A stretch of 64,000 nucleotides of DNA. It comes from Escherichia phage vB_EcoM_PTE-Eco09. The DNA lies in the sequence record PQ306574.1. One strand, given 5' to 3'. Positions within the stretch are counted from its first letter, which is position 1; the number at the start of each line of letters is the position of its first letter. A model generated the notes under the pieces. It ran no database searches. It was given only the letters and a program-made list of their open reading frames with translations, and had not been told where the DNA came from. This document shows positions 55,720-64,000 of this stretch, one piece after another. The position numbers and the translations under genes were made by a program.

Positions 55720-56286
55720 ATGAAATGGGAAATTGGTAAAACTTACACCTGGAAAGATGAAAACGCTAAAACTGAGTTTATTACTAACGGAGAAGGTGTT
55801 CTTTCTCCACTTAACAGCGATATTAGTGCAGCTATTGGTGACAAGCCATTTACCATCATCGAGATCGATGGTAACGGTTGGATTGATGCAATAGAGCTAG
55901 ACGGTGTTTATCATACGGCGAAAACTGCTACAGGAAAAGACATTTGGACTGCAACATATTTCTTTAGTCCATTCGATCGAAAATTCTTTCGTGAAGTTGA
56001 AGAAGTTCCCCAGAAATGGGAAGTTGGTAAAACTTATACTTGGAAAGATGCGAATGCTATGACCGACTTCTGTCATTATGCTGAAAACGTATCTAATCTT
56101 AATTATGTTATTGCACGAGCAATAAATTATAGACCTTTTACTGTTAAAAATGTTCGTCCATGTGGGCAAATTGATGTAATTGAAATTGATGGTAAAGACC
56201 ATACTCTAATGAGCGCAACCGAAGATAGAGACCATAAGGAACTAGCTGGTTTATTGATTCTGATAGAAAATTCTTTCGTGAAGTAG
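55720..56286 (+). CDS. Repeat-module family protein 3 (two tandem modules; second module frameshifted at its end)
   Basis: MKWEIGKTYTWKDENA..FDRKFFREVEEV then KWEVGKTYTWKDANA..; the reading frame loses the module end about 56235-56250. Confidence 0.45.
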   Translation: MKWEIGKTYTWKDENAKTEFITNGEGVLSPLNSDISAAIGDKPFTIIEIDGNGWIDAIELDGVYHTAKTATGKDIWTATYFFSPFDRKFFREVEEVPQKWEVGKTYTWKDANAMTDFCHYAENVSNLNYVIARAINYRPFTVKNVRPCGQIDVIEIDGKDHTLMSATEDRDHKELAGLLILIENSFVK

Positions 56287-56291
56287 AAGAA

Positions 56292-56543
56292 TTGGAAGTT
56301 ATAACCACTGATTCTAAGATCGTTGGACAGTTGAAACGTCTGTTTAGTAGTCGTTACGGCCTGACAATGGTTAAATTTGGCGAAGCAAATGAAGGTAAAA
56401 CCTTTGAACGTTTCGATGATTTCATTGCGGCACTTGACAAGATGGATGAAATCATGCAAGATCGCCAGAAGATTAAAGACCTTCAAGAAGACATTAAACG
56501 TCGTGAAGTTGAATTTTTGATTGGTAAAGAGCGAGGTTGGTAA
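56292..56543 (+). pseudogene. Frame-shifted continuation of repeat-module protein 3 (probable disrupted gene segment)
   Basis: In the -1 frame from 56238 the DNA encodes GTSWFIDSDRKFFREVEEL.., homologous to the module end and continuing to 56543; there is no ATG start (the track start is TTG). Confidence 0.4.
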
Positions 56544-56544
56544 T

Positions 56545-57021
56545 ATGTTTGTTGTTGGTATGACCTATCAGTGGAAAAACGAACAAGCGCGTAAAGCATT
56601 TGCAACCAGTGATGCGAATCGTGTGATCTCCGAGTTTATCGGGGACCGTGCGTTTAAAGTCTTAGCTATTGATTCATCTAGTATACCTGAGTATGTTTCT
56701 GTGATTGAAATCGATGGTAAGGCTTACCAGTGTCCAGACAATGAAAAGGTTTATCTTTATGCTTGTAATTGGTTTTCGCCTACAGAAGATCAATATTTTA
56801 AAGTGGTATCAGCAGAGCTATCATCCGAAGCAATGATGCAACAATTCTTCAATAACTACGAAGTTTCTGTGCGTCGCTATGGCGAAGAAGAAGTGTTTAA
56901 AATCGATGATTACAATCAGTTTAAACGAGTATTCGCCACTAAGTTACAGCGTGACTTTGAACGTGACCAACGGATCAAGGAACTGGAAGAAGAACTAGAA
57001 AGATTAAAGGCTGAGAAATGA
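56545..57021 (+). CDS. Repeat-module family protein 4
   Basis: MFVVGMTYQWKNEQA..WFSPTEDQYFKVV; CGAGGTTGG RBS. Confidence 0.5.
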   Translation: MFVVGMTYQWKNEQARKAFATSDANRVISEFIGDRAFKVLAIDSSSIPEYVSVIEIDGKAYQCPDNEKVYLYACNWFSPTEDQYFKVVSAELSSEAMMQQFFNNYEVSVRRYGEEEVFKIDDYNQFKRVFATKLQRDFERDQRIKELEEELERLKAEK

Positions 57022-57287
57022 TCGAGATATACGGTATACCGAAAGAGGCTTATCATTGTTATGGTTGTATTAGTGCAATGAAGCTACTGGATGATCTGGG
57101 TATTCCGTATACACTTAAACCAGTATTCAAGCAGGTCGGGGTTGACATTATTCCCGACCGTGATATGATTGAAGAACTGGCGGGGAGGCTAAACTCAAAG
57201 AGCCTCCGGTTTGTATACCCCCAGATATTCATTGACAACGAGCACATTGGAGGCTATAAAGAACTGAGGGCGATTTATGATTATTGA
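57018..57287 (+). CDS. nrdH: Glutaredoxin-like protein (NrdH-like)
   Basis: CYGC redox motif near the N-terminus; IGGYKEL near the C-terminus; ATGA overlap with the upstream gene. Confidence 0.6.
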   Translation: MIEIYGIPKEAYHCYGCISAMKLLDDLGIPYTLKPVFKQVGVDIIPDRDMIEELAGRLNSKSLRFVYPQIFIDNEHIGGYKELRAIYDY

Positions 57288-57435
57288 GAATTTAGTTTCG
57301 GTGTTCATTATTGCTTTATTTGCTATAATGGCTTTACCGTTGAAGAAGTGTAAACACTGTAACGGAACAGGATTGCGTGGTGATGGGTGTTGCGCTCATT
57401 GTCACGGATCTGGTAAAGTAAGTATCATTAAGTAA
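57277..57435 (+). CDS. Small membrane-anchored DnaJ-type zinc-finger protein (52 aa)
   Basis: Hydrophobic N-terminus then CKHCNGTG..CAHCHGSG (two CxxCxGxG motifs); overlaps the nrdH stop; not in the ORF track. Confidence 0.4.
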   Translation: MIIENLVSVFIIALFAIMALPLKKCKHCNGTGLRGDGCCAHCHGSGKVSIIK

Positions 57436-57456
57436 TTCTTGAGTGAGGAATATATT

Positions 57457-57744
57457 ATGTTAGTACACAATGCAATCGCACACATGGTTTATTCTCGATT
57501 TGGGCGCATGGAAGAAATCAATATTACCGACGCGGATTTAGATCTGATGCAAGTCGAAGGCCAGACATATCTGAAAAATAACGGCGTGAATATCGGTAAA
57601 GCGCGTGTGCGTGAATTGTTGGTTGAATATATTCTCTCTGAATTTGGCATTAGTGCTTTCGGTGTGAAAGAGATTGCACCTAAGCGCGAAATTTCTGATA
57701 AAATGATCAAGAAATGCCAGAAAGCACGACGTAAGGGTTTCTAA
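57457..57744 (+). CDS. Hypothetical protein (95 aa)
   Basis: GTGAGGAATATATTATG leader. Confidence 0.5.
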   Translation: MLVHNAIAHMVYSRFGRMEEINITDADLDLMQVEGQTYLKNNGVNIGKARVRELLVEYILSEFGISAFGVKEIAPKREISDKMIKKCQKARRKGF

Positions 57745-59213
57745 TGAAGATTGAAACATTAATCGCATTGCCAGCGGCGGGGAAAACTGATGCTATACTT
57801 TCCCACGTCCTAGAGACAAAAGAAAAAGCGGTTATTGCTTCGCCATCTCGTGTTTTAAGTGAACAATCTTACAATAAGTTTAAAAGAATGGGCGGTCGTG
57901 CTGTCTTGATTGATAGCACAAGACTAAGAAGCCTTAAGACAGTGCAAGCGTCGATAATGCAATCAGTTAAAGACGGTGCTGATGTGATATTCATTACACA
58001 TACAGCGTTATCTAATATGGAACGTTCAAAAATGTTTGGTGATTATGCTCTTTACATTGATGAAGTTCCTCAACTGGTTGAATTTAATGAGTATCCGTTT
58101 AAGTCTAATCTTGAACTTATCACGAAGCATTGCGAACCAATCGCCGACGAATCGGAATGCCTACAGAACTTAGTTCTAAAAGACTCTGAGAAGGCCGCTA
58201 TCAAAGAAAAGATAGAAAGTGCGAAGGATGGTACTGATATGATCGATTCTTCTCTTAGAGGGCTTTATGAGGCGTTATTAGAGAAGAAAATCAACGTTAT
58301 GGTAAAACATAACGAAGGACACCGGAAGAATGGGTCGAAAATTGTTTTCTTGAACGATAACAAACACGGTACGTGGGGAGACTTTAAAAAGGTTACGATA
58401 GCATGTGCAAATCTCTTTGATACATATAGTGGGAAGTATCTACGATACTATGCAAATTGCGATTTTGTTCCGAGTGCGCTAGAATCCAGACTATATTTCA
58501 AAGAGTATAAAAATACAGATAGAGTTAATATCATCCTTATGACGGACTCTGAACGATGGTCGCGTCACCAGTCAGAAACAAACAATACCTTTGAACGTCT
58601 TGTTGATATGGTTAAAAATGAATGTGGCGATGACTTCATTTATACCGTGAATCGGGACCGAGAAGCGTGTACAAATGGTATTGGTGAGCGGATACCTTAC
58701 GGATCTTATGGTCTTAACTCTTACATTCATCATAAAAATGTTGCTGTGATGTTCAGCTTTAACCCTCAACGATGGGAGATTGATATTTTAAAAGGTCTTG
58801 CTAATAGTTGTGATCTCCCGACAAATGAGTTTTTGAAAGCGCGTCATGTGTCTGATTATCTGGAACCAGCATTTCAATTATGTTTGCGTTGTAACCTGAG
58901 AGACAACGAGAGCAAGGAGAATGTTAATCTATATGTTCCTGATTGGGCGTTGGTGGATTATCTAAAAACGTTTCTACCTAATGCCAATGTAATAACAGAC
59001 CGAATGATTCCGCTAGAATGTGGTGAGCGTAAAGGGCGAAAATCATTTAAAAAGATGTTCGACTTTAACGAGCAAGAGAATGCAAGATTTAACGGATTTA
59101 AGTACCGCATGAAGAAAAAAGGAAAAACTCTTGATCCGTCTGACGGTGAATCAGTAGAGATGGTTAGAGTGTGGATAACTAAGCAAAGAAAGTATAATGG
59201 TAATGGGGAATAG
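57744..59213 (+). CDS. P-loop NTPase (helicase/translocase-like) of unknown function
   Basis: Walker A-like ALPAAGKTDA, then VIASPSRVL and Walker B-like YIDEVPQ; 489 aa. Confidence 0.5.
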   Translation: MKIETLIALPAAGKTDAILSHVLETKEKAVIASPSRVLSEQSYNKFKRMGGRAVLIDSTRLRSLKTVQASIMQSVKDGADVIFITHTALSNMERSKMFGDYALYIDEVPQLVEFNEYPFKSNLELITKHCEPIADESECLQNLVLKDSEKAAIKEKIESAKDGTDMIDSSLRGLYEALLEKKINVMVKHNEGHRKNGSKIVFLNDNKHGTWGDFKKVTIACANLFDTYSGKYLRYYANCDFVPSALESRLYFKEYKNTDRVNIILMTDSERWSRHQSETNNTFERLVDMVKNECGDDFIYTVNRDREACTNGIGERIPYGSYGLNSYIHHKNVAVMFSFNPQRWEIDILKGLANSCDLPTNEFLKARHVSDYLEPAFQLCLRCNLRDNESKENVNLYVPDWALVDYLKTFLPNANVITDRMIPLECGERKGRKSFKKMFDFNEQENARFNGFKYRMKKKGKTLDPSDGESVEMVRVWITKQRKYNGNGE

Positions 59214-59253
59214 CCCGAAAGGGTTATTTCCTAAATAATAGCGAGGGTGCGAA

Positions 59254-59787
59254 GTGTCTGATTATGTAAACAATAAAGAGCTTTACGAAGAAATTTGCCG
59301 TTGGAAACAACGAATTGCAGCAGAAGGTCGGCAAGTTCCAATGAGCGATCAAATCGGCCTAGCAATTATGCAAATCTCTAAAAATCTATCACGTCGTTTT
59401 AACTTTTCTGGTTATAGTCAAACATGGCGCGAAGAAATGATCGACGACGGAATCGAAGCGGCGGTCAAGGGTTTGATTAATTTTGACGAGACAAAGTATA
59501 AAAATCCTCATGCTTACATCACGCAAGCGTGCTTTAATGCTTTTGTACAGCGCATTAAAAAAGAGAGAACAGCGACAGCCGCAAAATACAAATATTTTGT
59601 GCATCATGTATATGACGAACGCGACGCTGATATGTGCCAGATTGCTGATGAGGCATTCATACAGGACATTTACGATAAAATCAACAACTACGAGGAATCG
59701 GTCAATAAACCGAAAGCGCCAAAGGTTGAAGATGTATTGGCCGAGGAATTGCCTAGCTTGGACCAATTTTATGAGATTGAAAATTAA
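59254..59787 (+). CDS. 55: Late-transcription sigma factor (T4 gp55-like)
   Basis: YVNNKEL, GLAIM.I...[39 protein letters not shown] resemble T4 gp55; GTG start after GAGGGTG. Confidence 0.9.
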   Translation: MSDYVNNKELYEEICRWKQRIAAEGRQVPMSDQIGLAIMQISKNLSRRFNFSGYSQTWREEMIDDGIEAAVKGLINFDETKYKNPHAYITQACFNAFVQRIKKERTATAAKYKYFVHHVYDERDADMCQIADEAFIQDIYDKINNYEESVNKPKAPKVEDVLAEELPSLDQFYEIEN

Positions 59788-60004
59788 CATTTCCCGTTTG
59801 CTGGAAGAAGCAGAGTTTGAAACTGACCTTGTGCCGTATTTCGCCAAATTATTTTTGAGAGATTGCGGCGTTCCGGTGATTATCGATCCGTGCAATATCA
59901 AATCACCGGATCTTGAGGTCTTTACGGGTACAATCTCACATAGCTATAATGTATCAGAAGATGAATTTTCTTTAATAATTGATTATATCCCAGAGGTAAA
60001 ATAA
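59771..60004 (+). CDS. Hypothetical protein (77 aa)
   Basis: ATG ORF overlapping the gp55 end by 17 nt; start uncertain. Confidence 0.4.
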   Translation: MRLKINISRLLEEAEFETDLVPYFAKLFLRDCGVPVIIDPCNIKSPDLEVFTGTISHSYNVSEDEFSLIIDYIPEVK

Positions 60005-60005
60005 T

Positions 60006-60293
60006 ATGACTTGCAATGAACAGCATGACCAGATTGCAGTGAATGAAGTAGACAAAGTACAAGCAGAACTAGAGGCTAAAGCCGCTAAGAAAGCGGAAAA
60101 GATCTTGCGTAAGAACTCGCGAGAGATTGCACGCCTTAAGCGGTGGGCTGAACAAGCTATCATCGATGATAACCGTGATGCGTATATCTACGCTATCGGA
60201 AAGTTACGTGATATCTACAAACAGCCACACACGCCAGAACTGCTTTCTGCTATGTGGATTAGTACACGGCAAACGGTATTAAGTATGCTGTAA
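60006..60293 (+). CDS. Hypothetical protein (95 aa)
   Basis: CAGAGGTAAA RBS; Lys/Ala-rich coiled-coil N-terminus. Confidence 0.5.
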   Translation: MTCNEQHDQIAVNEVDKVQAELEAKAAKKAEKILRKNSREIARLKRWAEQAIIDDNRDAYIYAIGKLRDIYKQPHTPELLSAMWISTRQTVLSML

Positions 60294-60315
60294 TGGCTTT
60301 ATAAGGGAGACTCTG

Positions 60316-60340
60316 AAAGGGGTTTCCCTTTTTATTTTTC
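60316..60340 (+). terminator. Hairpin plus U-run
   Basis: AAGGGG-TTT-CCCTTT followed by TTTATTTTTC. Confidence 0.4.
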
Positions 60341-60383
60341 TGTGATATAGTGAGAGCATCGAAAACGAAGAGAGGAAGAGACT

Positions 60384-61409
60384 ATGAAAATTTTGCTTTT
60401 AGGTGATCTGCATACTGGTATCGGTGGCGATGATCCGTGGGTGCATGAGTATATTCTTGATACCATCAAGAAGGCGGTTGAATACTCCAAAGAGCATAAT
60501 ATTAAGACATGGATTCAAACAGGGGATTGGTTTGATTGCCGAAAAGCAATTACCCATGAAACCATGAAATTTAACCGTACTAAGGTCATCCCATTACTGG
60601 AAGAGGCTGGAATTACTTGTTATATCACGGTCGGGAACCATGATATGTTTAAACGAAACAAGATCCAGCCTAACGCACCGCGTGAAGTGTTAAGCCAGTA
60701 TGATTGCATTAAGGTTATCGATAAACCGGAAACAGTTACCTTTGATGGTGTATCATTTGATCTGTTCCCGTGGTTTTGTGATGACAATAAATCAGAGATT
60801 TTAGAGTTTATTCAAAACTCATTCAGCGAATATTGTGTAGGCCATTGGGAATTGTCCGGTTACTATTTCTATAAAGGGCTAAAATCCGAAGGTTATAGCG
60901 CGGACTTCCTCAAGAAATACCGTGAAGTGTTTTCCGGTCATTTTCATACTATCAGCGATGGCGGTAATGTAACGTATATCGGTACACCATACACACTAAC
61001 GGCGGGTGACGAAAACGATCCGCGTGGGTTTTGGGTATTCGATACCGATACACACAAAAAAGAGTTTATCCAGAATGACAAAACTTATCATGTGCGTATC
61101 ACTTACCCGTCAGATGATAAAATCGATGTAGAACGCTTTAAGGGGCTTAGTGTGCGTCTTATTGCAACGGTTGCTGATAATGGGTTAACTAAGTTAGAAA
61201 GCGCGTTAGAGGCCGTTGTACACAAGCTAAAAGTGGTCCATAAACTGGAGAGTAGCGCATCACAGGAGACAGGTGTTATTGAAGTTAAAAGCACTATTCA
61301 GATGGTATATGAATATCTGGAAGAACAAAACCTAGAACCGGAAGAACTTGCGGCGGTCAAGCGTATTTCTGATGAACTTTTAGCCGAGGTAAATAGCGCA
61401 AAAAGTTAG
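60384..61409 (+). CDS. 47: Recombination endonuclease subunit (Mre11-like, T4 gp47-like)
   Basis: MKILLLGDLH, TWIQTGDWFDCRKAITHETM, VGNHD, CVGHWELSGYYFYKG, SGHFHT, GTPYTLTAGDENDPRGFWVFD resemble T4 gp47. Confidence 0.9.
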   Translation: MKILLLGDLHTGIGGDDPWVHEYILDTIKKAVEYSKEHNIKTWIQTGDWFDCRKAITHETMKFNRTKVIPLLEEAGITCYITVGNHDMFKRNKIQPNAPREVLSQYDCIKVIDKPETVTFDGVSFDLFPWFCDDNKSEILEFIQNSFSEYCVGHWELSGYYFYKGLKSEGYSADFLKKYREVFSGHFHTISDGGNVTYIGTPYTLTAGDENDPRGFWVFDTDTHKKEFIQNDKTYHVRITYPSDDKIDVERFKGLSVRLIATVADNGLTKLESALEAVVHKLKVVHKLESSASQETGVIEVKSTIQMVYEYLEEQNLEPEELAAVKRISDELLAEVNSAKS

Positions 61410-61438
61410 TTGACGCGGGGAGAAATCCCCGTTATACT
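61410..61438 (+). promoter_or_regulatory. Early promoter module with spacer stem-loop
   Basis: TTGACG-N17-TATACT; spacer palindrome CGGGGAGAAATCCCCG. Confidence 0.55.
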
Positions 61439-61463
61439 CTCTAAAAATTGATTGGAGGTTGTT

Positions 61464-61715
61464 ATGATTACTAATGCATTGAAAGAAATCAACGAAGGTT
61501 TATCGAAATTCACTAAGATCCATGTATTTGAGGTTGTGCGAGATGGTCAGTATATGCTATCATTTCGATCTAACTATGGTTTGTGGACTCATGACGAAAT
61601 CCCATTTGATCGTGAAAATATCACCAAAGAGGGGCTAACAAACATCGTATCCCGTAAGGTTGCTGATATTACCCAGAATGTTATTGCGCGTGGATCTATG
61701 GGGTCTGTACGATGA
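61464..61715 (+). CDS. Hypothetical protein (83 aa)
   Basis: ATG with TTGGAGG RBS. Confidence 0.5.
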   Translation: MITNALKEINEGLSKFTKIHVFEVVRDGQYMLSFRSNYGLWTHDEIPFDRENITKEGLTNIVSRKVADITQNVIARGSMGSVR

Positions 61716-62029
61716 AAACACTTGCACAAAAGGTAATGGAATTTAATGAGGCATTGCCTATGTTTGCTCGACGTAAGGGGATCTCCGTTGATGTATGGTA
61801 TTCCAAAGAGCATGAAGAAGTTCGGATGATGGTCGAAAAGCGACTCACTGATACTACCGTTAAGTGTAAGTTTCGCTCTATTCCTCGCGCGGAAATAGAA
61901 TTTGATGAAAGCTATTACTTTACGCTGCGTCATGTACTGAAACAAGCAGTGGATGAACTTTTAGAAGACCTGAAACAATATGAGATTGAACGAGGAACAT
62001 ATTATGAATACGACTATGGTCGCGGCTGA
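61712..62029 (+). CDS. Hypothetical protein (105 aa)
   Basis: ATGA overlap with the upstream ORF. Confidence 0.5.
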   Translation: MKTLAQKVMEFNEALPMFARRKGISVDVWYSKEHEEVRMMVEKRLTDTTVKCKFRSIPRAEIEFDESYYFTLRHVLKQAVDELLEDLKQYEIERGTYYEYDYGRG

Positions 62030-62576
62030 TTCTGATTTGTTGGTAATGGAACATTTTATTAAATTGGTGCACACATACACACTAAAACAATCACATTGCA
62101 AGAATCCGATCTATGGCTATCTGAAAGCGAGTATTGCTAAAATGTGGGGTCAGCCAGTGGTTAAGATGTGGTATGATGACGGTTATCGTCGTTACCTTAA
62201 AGTGATTCATCCACAGGATTTGATGGTAACTATGGACATTGGCGACTTTGTAAAAGACAAAGTAGAATCCATTATTAAGAGTGTGGTTGGTGAATATAAT
62301 CCGATTGTATATGGTGCTTTCGTACAGTGGAAACAATCCAGCAAGTATTATTTTCCGAATACTCCATTGACGTTAACAGGTTGGATCTCTGTCATGCATA
62401 GTGGGGTATTCCTGGAAGCGTCAGAGACAATGTATAAAGGGTATATTCTCCCGCATCGACTGGTGAAATGTGATTACCGCTTGACTGTAGGTGAATTTCG
62501 CGATATTCTGGAACAGCAAGCGGAAGACCTGCAAGGTGAAATTGAAGAATTTTTAGAGGAACATAAACTAAAATGA
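62004..62576 (+). CDS. Hypothetical protein (190 aa)
   Basis: ATG with GAGGAA RBS; overlaps the upstream ORF by 26 nt. Confidence 0.5.
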   Translation: MNTTMVAADSDLLVMEHFIKLVHTYTLKQSHCKNPIYGYLKASIAKMWGQPVVKMWYDDGYRRYLKVIHPQDLMVTMDIGDFVKDKVESIIKSVVGEYNPIVYGAFVQWKQSSKYYFPNTPLTLTGWISVMHSGVFLEASETMYKGYILPHRLVKCDYRLTVGEFRDILEQQAEDLQGEIEEFLEEHKLK

Positions 62577-62836
62577 TTCTATCGATGACCTACCTTAGAC
62601 ACAGGGTTATAGAAGGTCTTCGCGAATATCTGGCATTGAATAAAGGGATTTATGTTGATCCCTTTATGACATATGATCCTGCGACACTGGATTATGTGAT
62701 CATGTTGCCAGATCGCAGAGACACATTAGTTAAAGTGAAGGCGGCAAGTGTTTACAACATTGATGAAGATGTGTTAGCATTTAATATTATGGAATGTGTG
62801 ATTGCGGAGTGGATTAATGGCAAAGTTAAATTTTAA
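62573..62836 (+). CDS. Hypothetical protein (87 aa)
   Basis: ATGA overlap. Confidence 0.5.
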   Translation: MILSMTYLRHRVIEGLREYLALNKGIYVDPFMTYDPATLDYVIMLPDRRDTLVKVKAASVYNIDEDVLAFNIMECVIAEWINGKVKF

Positions 62837-64000
62837 AACCTTGCGCTATCAAAATATAATGAGCGTGGGTGCTGAACCTGTAGAGATTCAGCTAGACGGA
62901 TTCAAAAAGACACTAATCACTGGTGTTAACGGTGCTGGTAAATCAACAATGATCGAGGCGCTTTGCTTTGTGTTGTTCGGTAAACCGTTTCGTAGTATCA
63001 AGAAAGGCCAATTGATTAACAGCGTCAACAAAAAGAAACTGTTAGTCGAAGTCTGGTTTGAACTGGACGGGAAAGAGTTTTATATCAAACGTGGTCAAAA
63101 ACCGGAAGTATTCGAAGTGCATCGCGACGGTCAAAAGATCGACGAGAGCGCAAGCACCAAAGACTTTCAGGAATATTTTGAAGGTATCATAGGAATGAAC
63201 CTAGCCAGCTTTAAACAGATCGTTGTTTTAGGCACTGCTGGTTATGTTCCGTTTATGAGTCTTCCGGCAGCGGGTCGCCGTAAACTGGTCGAGGATTTGC
63301 TTGATATTGCTACGCTAGGCGAAATGGATAAACTGAATAAAGCGTATGTGCGCGAGATTACCCAGAATATCCAAATGCAGGAAATGAAAGCTAATCACGT
63401 TCAGCAACAAATCAACACTCATAAAAAGTACATAGAAGACGCTAGCAAGGCGAGTGCCGAGAATCTACAGCGTTTGCAGAATATGTACGAGAAAGAAGTA
63501 GAATCAGCTAAAGCGTTTAAAGCCGAAGAAACGCGCTTGACCGATGAGCTATTGGCTGTTGTTATGCCGGAAGATCCTAGCGCAGCATTGGCTAAAATTA
63601 ATACTGCTATCGCACAGATTGGTGCGCAGATCCAGAACTTTGACCGTGTTATCCATATGCACGAGAAAGGCGGGATCTGTCCTACGTGCACACAACCGAT
63701 CATTCAGGGTAATGATCAGGCTGTACGCGAACAAAAAGCACAAGCCGAACATAAACTGTCTCTTATTGACGAGAAACGCGTAGAATACGCAGAGAAAGCC
63801 AATTCTTTCCAGACAGCACAAACTAAGGTCTTGGAAATTAAACGCGCTATAGAGTCACAGAGAGCGAATTTAACGGCATCTGTAGGTCGGGCTAAACAGA
63901 TCCAGAAAGCAATTCAGGAATTACAAAAAGAAAGGGTTGACAATTCCGAAGAACTTGCTAAACTGGAACACGAACTGGTAGAGATTACTAATGAAAAATC
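62817..64000 (+). CDS. 46: Recombination endonuclease ATPase subunit (Rad50-like, T4 gp46-like), 5' partial
   Basis: MAKLNFKTLRYQNIMSVGAEPVEIQLDGFKKTLITGVNGAGKSTMIEALCFVLFGKPFR resembles the T4 gp46 N-terminus; the ORF runs off the window end. Confidence 0.9.
   Translation, partial: MAKLNFKTLRYQNIMSVGAEPVEIQLDGFKKTLITGVNGAGKSTMIEALCFVLFGKPFRSIKKGQLINSVNKKKLLVEVWFELDGKEFYIKRGQKPEVFEVHRDGQKIDESASTKDFQEYFEGIIGMNLASFKQIVVLGTAGYVPFMSLPAAGRRKLVEDLLDIATLGEMDKLNKAYVREITQNIQMQEMKANHVQQQINTHKKYIEDASKASAENLQRLQNMYEKEVESAKAFKAEETRLTDELLAVVMPEDPSAALAKINTAIAQIGAQIQNFDRVIHMHEKGGICPTCTQPIIQGNDQAVREQKAQAEHKLSLIDEKRVEYAEKANSFQTAQTKVLEIKRAIESQRANLTASVGRAKQIQKAIQELQKERVDNSEELAKLEHELVEITNEK

Noticed and set aside
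56238-56283. Programmed -1 ribosomal frameshift joining 55720..56286 to 56292..56543
   Set aside because: No canonical slippery heptamer or obvious downstream pseudoknot in the overlap; an indel or sequencing error is more parsimonious, though not excluded
59389-59901. 170-aa minus-strand ORF antisense to gp55 (similar cases: 52378..52767 antisense to nrdD, 26652..27014, 62091..62336, 46883..47254)
   Set aside because: Fully embedded antisense to well-supported conserved genes; no RBS or promoter context; typical spurious long ORFs
26176-61438. Repeated 30-70 bp motifs considered as a possible CRISPR array or other tandem repeat
   Set aside because: Copies are hundreds to thousands of bp apart, irregularly spaced, each upstream of an ORF, and consist of -35/-10 promoter elements; no repeat-spacer periodicity

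Overview
This window reads as a T4-like (T-even-type) myovirus genome segment; all homology calls rest on motifs and remembered T4 sequences, not on a database search. (1) 1-20.4 kb, minus strand: the late structural block in T4 gene order (16, 15, 14, 13, wac, 12, 11, 10, 9, [insert], 8, 7, 6, 5.4, ORF, 5, 53). Between genes 9 and 8 sits a 1.5-kb three-gene cassette with its own sigma70-type promoter and flanking terminators, encoding an N6-adenine methyltransferase-like protein and two small unknown proteins; this is my top candidate for an undescribed accessory (anti-restriction or other) module. (2) 20.4-26.2 kb, plus strand: HNH homing endonuclease, gp4-, gp2-, gp3-like proteins, dNMP kinase (gp1), 57A- and 57B-like proteins, interrupted by a zinc-ribbon/GIY-YIG-like gene. 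(3) 26.2-50.3 kb: a hyperplastic early region of about 70 mostly small ORFs punctuated by at least 17 near-identical promoter modules (TTGACA-N16-18-TAnnAT, often with a stem-loop over the -10 box). Recognisable genes here are a T5-type endolysin, HNH-AP2 endonuclease, GrcA-like glycyl-radical cofactor, a nucleotidyltransferase, a secreted lytic transglycosylase, a macro-domain protein, thymidine kinase, an orphan gp38-like glycine-rich adhesin, Dam, NrdC-like thioredoxin and endonuclease VII. (4) 50.9-64 kb: nrdD, nrdG, a family of repeat-module proteins (one copy frameshifted), a glutaredoxin-like gene, a P-loop NTPase, gp55 late sigma factor, gp47 and the 5' part of gp46. No tRNA, rRNA or CRISPR array was found. 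Coordinates of regulatory elements are hand-derived and may be off by a base or two.
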